Source of the DNA: Guillardia theta CCMP2712
Lineage: Eukaryota > Protista > Cryptophyta
Assembly (NCBI RefSeq): GCF_000315625.1
Contig: NW_005434569.1
Coordinates: forward strand, 62,001 to 126,000
Length of the DNA: 64,000 nucleotides
Direction of reading: 5' to 3'
Position numbers and translations under genes: made by a program. Positions 36,730 to 46,547 of this stretch are shown piece after piece. The notes beneath the pieces were generated by a model, which saw only the letters and a program-made list of their open reading frames with translations, did no database searches and was not told where the DNA came from. The stretch's first letter is position 1. Each line of letters opens with the position of its first letter.

Positions 36730-39700
36730 TTAGATGTTCGCAGGTCGAGAAGGTGTCCAAGGCCGCAAAGTCTCTCTGTATGTGGGTCAGGGCCATGGAC
36801 GTGTACGCGCGAGTCGCCAAGAACGTCGAGCCGAAGAAGCAGAAGCTCGCAGAAGCTGAGAAGCAGGTGGGGAGCAGCTGGGCTGGTTGCCTGATGGACG
36901 GTCTTGTCCTTGCTGAACAGGTTCTGTAGGTGGCGGAGATGAGCAAACTGTTGGCGGCGAAGCAGAATGAGCTGCAGACGGTGCTGGATCGAGTGAGGGA
37001 GCTGGAGAACAAGCTGTCGGAGACGCTGAAGAAACGAGACGAGCTGCAGCAGCAGTCGGACGAATGTCAGGCGCGTCTGGGTCGAGCTGAACAGCTCACG
37101 GGTGAGAAGATCCGAGAGATTTGGCAGTTGATGATGATGATGATGATGGTGATGAGGATGATGATAAGGACGATGATGATGATGATGATGATGAGAACAA
37201 TGATGATGATGATGATGAGAACAATGATGACAACGATGATAACGATGGACGATCAGGCGGCCTTGCAAGTGAGCAGAGGAGGTGGACGGCGGAGCTGAAG
37301 CAGCTCAACCAGGACAAGATCGATCTCATTGGCAACATCCTCCTCTCCGCCGGCTCCATCGCCTACTCGGGGCCCTTCACCTCCACCTTCCGGCACCAGC
37401 TCATCCAGGAGTGGGTCGCCTCTTGCAAGGAGTATGAGATCCCCGTCGACAACCATTTCACTCTCGAGCGCGTCCTCGGGGACCCTCCCGAAGTCCGTCA
37501 GTGGAACATCCAAGGGCTGCCTGCTGACCCTCTCTCCGTCGAGAACGGCATCATCGTAACCCGCGGCCGTCGCTGGCCTCTAATGATCGATCCGCAGACG
37601 CAGGCGAACAGGTGGATCAGAGCGATGGAGAAGAAGAACAGGATCCAGGTGATCAAGCTTACTGAGAGCACCTACCTCCGCACCCTCGAGAACTGCATCC
37701 GGGTCGGCAACCCCGTGCTGCTGGAGAACGTGGAGGAGAATCTCGACCCAGCTCTAGAGCCCGTGCTCTCCCGCCAGGTCTTCAAGCAGCAGGGTCGCCT
37801 CCTTATCCGCCTCGGTGACACGGACGTGGACTACAGCCCGGACTTTCGCTTCTACGTTACTAGCAAGCTGCCGAACCCCCACTACCCCCCCGAGATCTGC
37901 GTCAAGGTGACGGTAGTCAACTTCACGGTGACGCCCAAGGGCCTCGAGGACCAGCTGCTGGTGCAGGTGGTGGCGCACGAACGGCCGGAGCTCGAGGAAG
38001 AGAAGAACAACCTCGTGCTGCAGATCGCGACCGGGCAGAAGCAGCTCAAGGACATCGAGGACAAGATCCTGCACATGCTCGCCGTGTCGCAGGGGAACAT
38101 CCTGGACGACACAGAGCTCATCGAGACGCTGGGAGCGAGCAAGACAACGTCGGTCGAGATCAATTCCCAGCTCGCCCAGGCCTCGGAGACTAAGACGAAG
38201 ATCGACACAGCATGTGAGGGCTACCGGCCCGTGGCGAAGAGAGGAGCGCTCCTGTACTTCGTGGTGGCAGACCTGGCAGGGATCGACCCCATGTACCAGT
38301 ACTCCCTCCAGTTCTTCGTGAAGCTCTTCAACAGCTCTATGGACCGAGCGGCTCACAGTGAGGACCTGGAGGAGAGGGTTCAGACCATGATCCGCGTTAT
38401 CACCGAGGACGTGTACACTCAAGTGTGCCGGGGGCTCTTCGAAAAGGACAAGAAACTTTTCTCGTTCCTCATCACCGTCCAGATCCTCCGGATGGAGCAG
38501 GAGAGCATCTCCGACGGAGAGTGGTCCTTCTTCCTCACCAAGGGAGGCTTCGTGGACGAGAACGACCTCCCTCTGAACCCGGCAGAGGACTTCATCAACA
38601 AGACAGTGCTCGGAGGGCTCAAGAACCTCGACGCGATCCCGACGTTCCACGGGGTGCTGGACAGCTTCAGGCAGGAGACGGAAGCATGGAGGGAATGGTG
38701 TCAAAACGACTCTCCTCAGGACCTGAAGCTGCCAGCTGGATGGGGGGAGCGGCTAAACGCCTTTCAGCAGCTGATGCTCATGCGAGTGCTGCGCGACGAG
38801 AAGGTCGTGGCGGCGGTAACGATCTTCATCCTCAACAACGTGGGGAAGTTCTTCGTGGACGTGCCCGCCTTCGACCTCGCGTCCTCGTACAAGGACTCCT
38901 CTCCCCTCATCCCCATCATCTTCGTGCTCTCGACGGGAGCAGACCCGACGCTCTACCTGCAGAACCTGGCCAGGGACATGGGCTTCTTCGAGCGGCTGAA
39001 GATGATCTCGCTGGGGCAGGGGCAGGGCCCCATCGCTGAGTCGCTCATCTCCATGGGGAGGGAGGGAGGAGACTGGGTGTGCCTGCAGAACTGTCACCTT
39101 GCTTCCTCGTGGATGCCTGAGCTCGAGAAGCTGCTGGAGAGCCATCAAAGCCTCAAGCTGCACGAAGACTTCCGGCTGTGGCTGACCTCGATGCCCTCCA
39201 AGGTGTTCCCAGCTAGCGTCCTGCAGTCTGGGATCAAGCTGACCAACGAGCCTCCCAAGGGGCTGAGAGCGAACCTGAAGCGAACGTACGAGGACTTGAC
39301 GGAGGAGGAGTTTGAATACTTCGACGTCAAGGAGGGCCTTGAGGACAAGGACAACAAGAGTCGAGCATGGAAGAAGCTGCTCTTCGGCCTGAGCTTCTTT
39401 CACGCGAGCATTCAAGAGAGGAGGAAGTACGGAGCCATCGGCTGGAACATCCGGTACGAGTGGAACCAGTCGGACCTGCTCACCGCCATGGCGAACTTGC
39501 GCATGTACCTGGAGGAGCAGAGCGAGGTCCCGTACGAGACTCTGAGATATGTGGTGGGAGATGTCAACTACGGAGGAAGAGTGACGGACTACATGGACCA
39601 GCGATGTGTTGCTGCTATCCTGAGCACCTACTTCTGCGACGAGGCTGTCCGCGACGACAACTACAGGTACACCGAGGATGGCAAGTACTATGCCCCCGTA

Positions 39701-40892
39701 CGAGGAGGCATCGAGGACACTCGGGAGTATGTCGACAACCTGCCCTTGCTCGATCGCCCCGAAGTGTTCGGCCTCCATCGCAACGCGGCCATCGCCTTCG
39801 AGAACAGCGAGACCAAGTACTTTGTGGAGACGATCATCTCCATCCAGCCTCGCAGCGGGGGAGGAGGAGGAGGCAAGTCGACGGATGAGATCGCTGCCGA
39901 GCTAGCAGCGGATCTTGCGAGCAAGCTGCCTGCGGTAATGGAGAGAATCTTTGTGCTTCAGCCCTGACTCGTTCCTCTTGCAGGCGCTGACCGACAAGAA
40001 CGCGGCGGAAGCAACCTTCGTCAAGGACAAGAACGGGGCCATGAACTCTCTGGGAACCTTCCTGCAGATTGAGATGGGCAAGTTCAACAAGCTGCTCAAG
40101 GCCATGTCGACGTCTCTCGACGAGCTTCAAAGGGCCATCAAGGGTACCATAGTCATGTCAGCGCAACTGGACGCCATGTATCAGGCTCTCATCTTCCAGC
40201 GGGTCCCCGACGTCTGGTCCAACGTTGGGTACCTCTCCCTCAAGCCCCTCGGCTCCTGGATCAAGGACTTCACGCAGAGGATGGACTTCATGTCCAGGTG
40301 GATCGAGCACGGACCCCCGGACGCCTTCTGGATGTCGGCCTTCTTCTTCCCGCAGGGCTACATGACCGCAGCGCTGCAGATGTACGCGAGGAACACCATG
40401 ATAGCCATCGACACCCTCGACTTCCGCACTCAAGTCCTCGCCATCACTCCCGAAGAAGTCGTCTCCAGCCCCAAGCAGGTGAGCCTCCTCCTGACCTCCC
40501 CCAGCAGGAGCTCATGGTGGTGCAGGGCGTCTACTTCTATGGCTCCTTCGTGGAGGGCGCGAGGTGGGATAGCAAGACAGGCTCGCTGGAGGAGAGCCAC
40601 GTCGGGGAGACTCACGTGTACATGCCTGTCATCTGGCTCGACCCCATAGTCAAGGACGACTCCTACGGCCGCGAGCCCGGCACGTACAACTGCCCCTTCT
40701 ACAAGGCAAGGGAGGAGCTGAGAAAGCAGAGAGACTGACTGCCCCCTTCAGGTCTCCTCGCGTGCTGGGACGCTCTCCACGACCGGTCACTCCACCAACT
40801 ACATCAGAAGCCTTCAGCTCCCGGCTGGCAACAGCTCATCAGAGCACTGGGTGAGAAGGTCCGTAGCGCTGCTGTCGTCGTTGGACGACTAG
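27039..40892 (+). CDS. DNAH6: Axonemal dynein heavy chain, inner-arm DNAH6-like, 12 introns; exact start codon uncertain
   Basis: FPRFYFLSNDELLEIL; P-loops GPAGTGKT, GVTAVGKT, GNSGVGKT and GVGGSGRQS; stalk/MTBD; GRRWPLMIDPQ; NEPPKGLRANL; C-terminus AGTLSTTGHSTNY...LDD*. The N-terminal YDLVVVP...FTISASGVVH...IPFFKNY motif resembles the DNAH6 class. The subtype call is less certain than the family call. Confidence 0.93.
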
Positions 40893-41133
40893 CGCCGAGT
40901 GGAGCGCGAAGATTTGCCGAGTAAACAAAGACATGTAGCGATCAAGGTTGCTTTCCCAACAAGTTGCCTGTCGATCTGTGCTTCGATTCCATCACGAAAG
41001 CCTTGTCTGTGGGAGAGGTCAGGCTGAGAACAATCATATCCAAGCTCTCACTGTTCTTGGAGGCAAGTTTCCTCCCCCGACTGATCCACAAACCAATCAA
41101 CGCGTGAGAGCTGAGAGTGAAGCAGCATGAATC

Positions 41134-41784
41134 TCACATCTCTTCCAACTCCTTGCGGTCCAGCTCCATCTTCTCCATCGTCTTCGACAACTTGTAGTCG
41201 TCTATCGCCATCTGCAAGATAGACACTCCCCTGACAAGCTTCCCGTCACAGAGTGTTCTGATGGTCATCAACTGATCTCACCGTCGCTGCAGGTAGTGAG
41301 GGGTGCAGTCTCTGACCCTCTTGGGACTCACGTCATGACAGCTGCTCCCTTGCTCTGAGCGCATCGGACTAGAACGCTCTAGCCCGAGATATCAGACGAG
41401 TGGAGAAAAGTTTGCTCACACCTGTGAGACTCGATCGGCTCGTGTCTTGTAGGTTTGAGTACATCTGCTGGATTGTGTTCCTGTTATCCTCGTCATCGTC
41501 GTCAAGAGTTTGCGCATGCGCAGCACCCAGGAGACAGCCTGCTGTTGCTCAGCCTCCAGCTTGCATGTCCGTTTTGAGCTGAAGCTTGAACGGCTCTCAG
41601 GTCAGCTGGAGGGGCCTGCGACTTGTCGTGTCACATGTTACAACAAGCGCTTCATTCTCCTCACTCGATTCGCAAGGAGTTTGCCGGCAGTGTTGAAGAA
41701 CGCGTCCCATGGCGGCTTTGAGGGCGACGACGAAGACACGGTCAGGCGCGAGAGCTTTGCAGTCTGCTTGCTTCAGTCACTGAA

Positions 41785-41869
<85 letters not shown>

Positions 41870-43466
41870 CACTTTGTTGTTCCCGGGCGTGCTTCCTGCT
41901 GTGAGATCCTGACGGCTGGACATGACCTGGGACCTCGTCAGGAAGACGAGAGCGTCTCTTGAAGTTGCAAGTACATCCATGAAGGGCGAATGGCTCTGCA
42001 TGCACTCCCTCCTTGTAACGATCACATGTGGGTGTAAAGACTTTCTCTTTGTGTTGAGACTGTTGAGAATCAACGCTGAGGGCAGCGATCAACGATCGAA
42101 TGCATGCAGGACAAATACAAGTGGAGGATTCGAGATGGAGCATGGAGATAGGCAGAGGTCAAGCAGGAGAAAATGAAGCATCAGGTCACAGACCATCTCT
42201 CTCAACCAAAGTGCCGACATCCCTCAGGTTGTAAAGGTCCTTGGATGTGATCTTCATCACATTCATTTCCTGCGTGACAGCAAAGTCAAGAGCCCAATCC
42301 AAACAGTCACAACGTACTTCGATGTCTTTGTTTTTCCCTGCTGTATTGAAAAATTTGCTCCGAAACAATCTTCTAACTTCCTCGCGTATCTGAAGCAAGT
42401 GGAGCATCACTGTAGCTACATTCGAGGTGCAACTTGCAGCAGTACGTGAAGTTGATACGCTGAGGGGTAAGTCTGACAACAGATATCTACTGAGGTGAGT
42501 TGAAGAATCTCGAAAAACGCTCTCTCTCTGCTCAAGTTTCTGCAGCACAAGTGTTCACAATGTTCACACTGACAGAAGTAGGCAGCACTTGGTGTCGCTG
42601 TATCTCAGAACAATGGTCCGGTAGGAAGTAGAGAGAGATTCGACGATCTCCTGCTCTTTGGCATGGTGGACTGACCCGCTGATCTCCCACAGCTCTGACG
42701 AGGAGCATGTGAGCTAGGAGCATCATGAAAGGGATCACCTTCAAACGGAAAGTCCTGTCGTTCGTCATCGATCCACATGCTCTTCTTCTCATCAAGGAGG
42801 CTGATACACCAACATGTCACATCGACCAGCATCGCAAGTACTTGTTCAACTTCATCAGCTGCTGTCTGACAGCATCCAGGTGTAGGTAGTCCACCAGCGA
42901 GGGAAAGAACTCGTCAGCGAGCGGCATGTTGCCAAACTTGGAGATGAAGTTCTTGACCTGACCACGACTGTCAAGGACTGAGAGAGGACAGTTGCAGATA
43001 ACGTCGTCGTGAGTGATTCCTCGCTGATGCAGGACGACGTCGTAGATCCGGGATGAAAGCTGTATCAGCAGGTTCAGGAGAAGAGGAGGAGAGGAGGAGA
43101 GGAGGAGAGGAGGAGAGGAGGAGAGGAGGAGAGGAGGAGAGGAGGAGAGGAGGAGAGGAGGAGAGGAGGAGAGGAGGAGAGGAGGAGAGGAGGAGAGGAG
43201 GAGAGGAGGAGAGGAGGAGAGGAGGAGAGGAGGAGAGGAGGAGAGGAGGAGAGGAGGAGAGGAGGAGAGGAGGAGAGGAGAAAAAACAAGAAGACCAGGT
43301 TATCCTTGATCTCTATCCACACTCGACTCCCAAAGGTCAAGTCAATCTCTCGCTTGTCACTTCTTCCCAACGTCTGCGCGGCAGTGACGGTCGTATGGCG
43401 ATCACTGACGCTCAGGCTCTCTGCGCTGCCTTCTTGGTAACTCGAGCTCTTCCTGGACAGCGACAT
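41134..43466 (-). CDS. Hypothetical multi-exon protein
   Basis: A chain of open segments bounded by GT/AG, from MSLSRKSSSYQEG through QVKNFISKFGNMPLADEFF to MEKMELDRKELEEM*. No family recognised. Confidence 0.45.
41786..41869. repeat. (GCA)~28 microsatellite, probably intronic
   Basis: Perfect trinucleotide run. Confidence 0.95.
43084..43280. repeat. (GAGGAGGA)n homopurine octamer repeat, probably intronic
   Basis: About 24 copies, purine-only on the + strand. Confidence 0.92.
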
Positions 43467-43669
43467 CCTCCACTAGTGTCGGCGTCTCCCTTGCTGTGGA
43501 GCATGCAGCATGGTCTCAACGCTCGTCGATCACATCATCTAATGTCTGTCGCATGTCGCTCCTCGCGCGCATCGCTCAGCAACTTCGTAAGAGCCTCCGA
43601 CCATACCGGTGTGCGGTTGCCATGGCAGGCTCAACTCTCCAACGGGGCGGTACTACGGTACGGGGATAG

Positions 43670-44580
43670 TCAGGCGGGCCGGCCAGGGCCAGGCACCGGA
43701 GGCCCGAGTGACTGAGACATTGAGTTCTCAGCCTGCCAGGCTGTGAGTGACAATCGACCAGGCTTTACTCAAAGTTAAGTTAAAAATCAGTACGAGGACA
43801 ATCGGATGATCAGGAGAGTCGAGGAGGCTTCGGACCCTGACACTGTCGCCGCGGCACAGGCCAAACGGCGAGCCTGACTGAGAGAAAAGACAGCGAGAAC
43901 CAAACCCAATCCTGCCGCCGGACTGCTGCCCCCCAAGTTAACCGTGATACCAAGTTCACAGTCCCCCGCGCGGCCCGGCCATGCCCGGCATCGCTCAGTG
44001 CCACGGGGCATGGCCGCGCTTTTTAACTTAACTTTGAGTAAAGAAGGACAATCCCGGCCCATGCCGGGGCCCGGTACCAGGCCGGGCCGCCCGGCGCCCC
44101 CGATCGATCGGACCATCAAGTCACGGTCAGTGACTGAGAGTTTGCGCAATTGCGACTCCGAGGCGGGCTGTGCCATGATAAAGATTCTGCCACTTTGCCT
44201 TCGGCGCGCGGAGCGGTAACTTTTCAAATTTTGTTATCAAATTTGAAAATTCAGAACAGCCAACCAAAAGCTTCACCTGAATTCGGACACGAACCAAAAA
44301 CGAAAAAGATTTGGTTTCCACCGGACTCCGATTGGTGCGGACAGACACCTGCCTAAGCAGTTCCTAGGACCCTGGTGGTAGAGCTGCCTAGTGGACAGTC
44401 CAGCCCAACATGGCAGCCAGACAGGAGCGGAGGGAGTGAAGGACAAGGCAGGAGAGGATAGCGTGCGAGTTTTTGACAGGACAGGACAGGATATGACAGT
44501 GTAAGATAGACGAGGTGAGGAGAAGACCCGAGAGGAGAGGAGAGGAGAGGAGAGGAGAGAAGAGAAGGAGGGGGGGAAGG
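43670..44580. promoter_or_regulatory. GC-rich palindromic island plus (GACAG)n/(AGGAG)n in a divergent intergenic region
   Basis: GGCCCGG/CCGGGCC-dense blocks interleaved with short AT-rich blocks, between the minus-strand gene at 43466 and the plus-strand gene at 44789. Confidence 0.5.
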
Positions 44581-44788
44581 AGTGAGGCGAATAACAGAAA
44601 CAGGGCAGAGAGAACAATAGAAGAGCAGTAGGTGTAAGTGGATAGACAATTGAAGTGGACAGAGCTGATTCTGTGGGACACTTTACAAAAAGTATCAAGG
44701 CGCGAAGAGATTTCAAGCTTTTGATCACTTTGCGAGGATACCCGGAAGCATTCCTTGTACAACCCTAGGACTGAAATATCCTTGTACC

Positions 44789-46402
44789 ATGGAAGAGAAG
44801 ACGGAAATGGTGTACACACCCTTTAGTGGGATAGCTTCAAGCATGAGTTTTACGCCAGATTGTTCTTGGCAGTCACCGCTCCAGCTGTATTCGCAGATAA
44901 ATCAGTTTCAGCCAAGCTTGCCACTACCGGTACATTACAGTGAACCAAGTTCGGTTGTGCAGCCGTTGCAATCCATATCGCAGGTATTTGGTTCATCAGG
45001 AATAACTCTTGCACCACCACTCTCTATCCCTGCAAAGGCTGCGAAAGAAACCCACTGGCTGCCTGCTCTAGAGCCCTATTCGACACCATCAGCTGCTTTT
45101 CAAAGTGAGATCAATGATGCTTTGATTCTGCTGCCTGTGCCAGAATTGGTCACCCCTCCTGACTCTGATAGCGCTTCTCGCTTCGACAATATTGAAACCA
45201 GTCTGAGCTCTGATGACGGGCTTCCATTCGGCCTAGAAGAGCTGGACAAAACTCACGTGTTTGATGTTGGCGATGAGAAAGCGCTCAGGAAGCGTCTGCG
45301 CAGGCCTCACTCCCGTTTGCAACATCATGGCGCCTGCTACCAGTGCAGAAGGAAGAAATGGAGGTGCTCGAACAATCGCCCATGTGAGAAATGTATCGTC
45401 TACGGGACAGCTCAGTCATGTGACCAACCAGACTCCGCCCGTTACGTTGAACGCCCTATCTCTTCGAGAATGTGCATCGAGATCCAAGACGATGTCTATG
45501 CGAACATGGTAGCACTGAAAAACGCGTCAGTGTCGGAGGGAGTCAACTTTGCGCTCGTGCGCATCACGTGGGAGATCGGTATGAGTGTGAATCAAGTGCT
45601 GCAGGCCTTCAGGTTCTTGCCGCCCAACGCCAAGAAAGTGATCGATGAGTCCATACAGGCAGTCCAGGCGCATGCGCAGAAAACTCTAATGAAGCGACAG
45701 TCATGCATGACCACTCTCAAAGAACTCGTCGCCAAGCAGGAAGTTGGCCGCATCTCGGCTTTGGGGGAACATGGGGCTGTGGACGACCCGCCAGAAGCCT
45801 CGGACGAGCGTTGGGGCCACGGGCGGTGGTTCTCCATCGAGTTCGACAAGAACACCGCGACAAGAAAGTACTGCAAGGTTGGGTCAGAGTGCGCAGAGCT
45901 GCAGGGATATCATCCTGAAGAATTTCTGTCGCGTTTCGCCGAAAACAATCTTCCTATCCACACCACACAGTTCGACATGCTGTGTATCGCCATGGATACC
46001 ATCTGTCGGTATCAGGAGAACAGGCTGGTGAAGTACTGGAGGCTACAGAAGCACACGGACGACCCTCAGGTCTTCAACACTGTTTTTGTGCGCTGCAGCA
46101 TCATCCGAGACTTCGATGCTATGGGAAGGAAGATTCGAACTTCGCTAGTTTACGACTACCTTGACGAGAAAGAGTACGAGAGGCTATCAGAGAAGGCTCA
46201 CGAAAAGGGAAGTGAAGACGATCTGCTGGCGATCTCGCTGCTCCCAAAGCGATCCTTCAAGGACTTCATTTCAGAACACAAACGCGAGCTGCAGTTTTCT
46301 GGCAAACTGTTGGACATGCGTAAGAAGAAATCAGGCAAAGAGAAGCTGGATGATTTCGTGAATCGGTTGCAGCGAAATGTCAAGAGGCTGATGGCTGATT
46401 GA
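44789..46402 (+). CDS. Zn(II)2Cys6 (GAL4-type) binuclear-cluster transcription factor, intronless
   Basis: ACYQCRRKKWRCSNNRPCEKCIVYGTAQSCD matches CX2CX6CX5CX2CX8C and is preceded by basic residues. Confidence 0.88.
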   Translation: MEEKTEMVYTPFSGIASSMSFTPDCSWQSPLQLYSQINQFQPSLPLPVHYSEPSSVVQPLQSISQVFGSSGITLAPPLSIPAKAAKETHWLPALEPYSTPSAAFQSEINDALILLPVPELVTPPDSDSASRFDNIETSLSSDDGLPFGLEELDKTHVFDVGDEKALRKRLRRPHSRLQHHGACYQCRRKKWRCSNNRPCEKCIVYGTAQSCDQPDSARYVERPISSRMCIEIQDDVYANMVALKNASVSEGVNFALVRITWEIGMSVNQVLQAFRFLPPNAKKVIDESIQAVQAHAQKTLMKRQSCMTTLKELVAKQEVGRISALGEHGAVDDPPEASDERWGHGRWFSIEFDKNTATRKYCKVGSECAELQGYHPEEFLSRFAENNLPIHTTQFDMLCIAMDTICRYQENRLVKYWRLQKHTDDPQVFNTVFVRCSIIRDFDAMGRKIRTSLVYDYLDEKEYERLSEKAHEKGSEDDLLAISLLPKRSFKDFISEHKRELQFSGKLLDMRKKKSGKEKLDDFVNRLQRNVKRLMAD

Positions 46403-46547
46403 ATAGAAACTAGTCGCACTTGACTTACATGTCTTGGATAGAATGATTTACACTAAGAGATTAATATATATACCACAATGTTCAAGATTTTTTTTATTTG
46501 GTATCAATCACCCCTTCACTCATTATATGCAGCATTTCGCCTATTCC

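Noticed and set aside
37121-37256. Poly-Asp N-terminus of the 948-aa ORF
   Set aside because: It lies within a (GAT)n-rich dynein intron (37102-37256).
27242-40615. Many antisense and alternate-frame ORFs over dynein (e.g. 33409-34467, 38753-39778)
   Set aside because: Expected shadow ORFs from strong GC3 codon bias, with no independent motifs.
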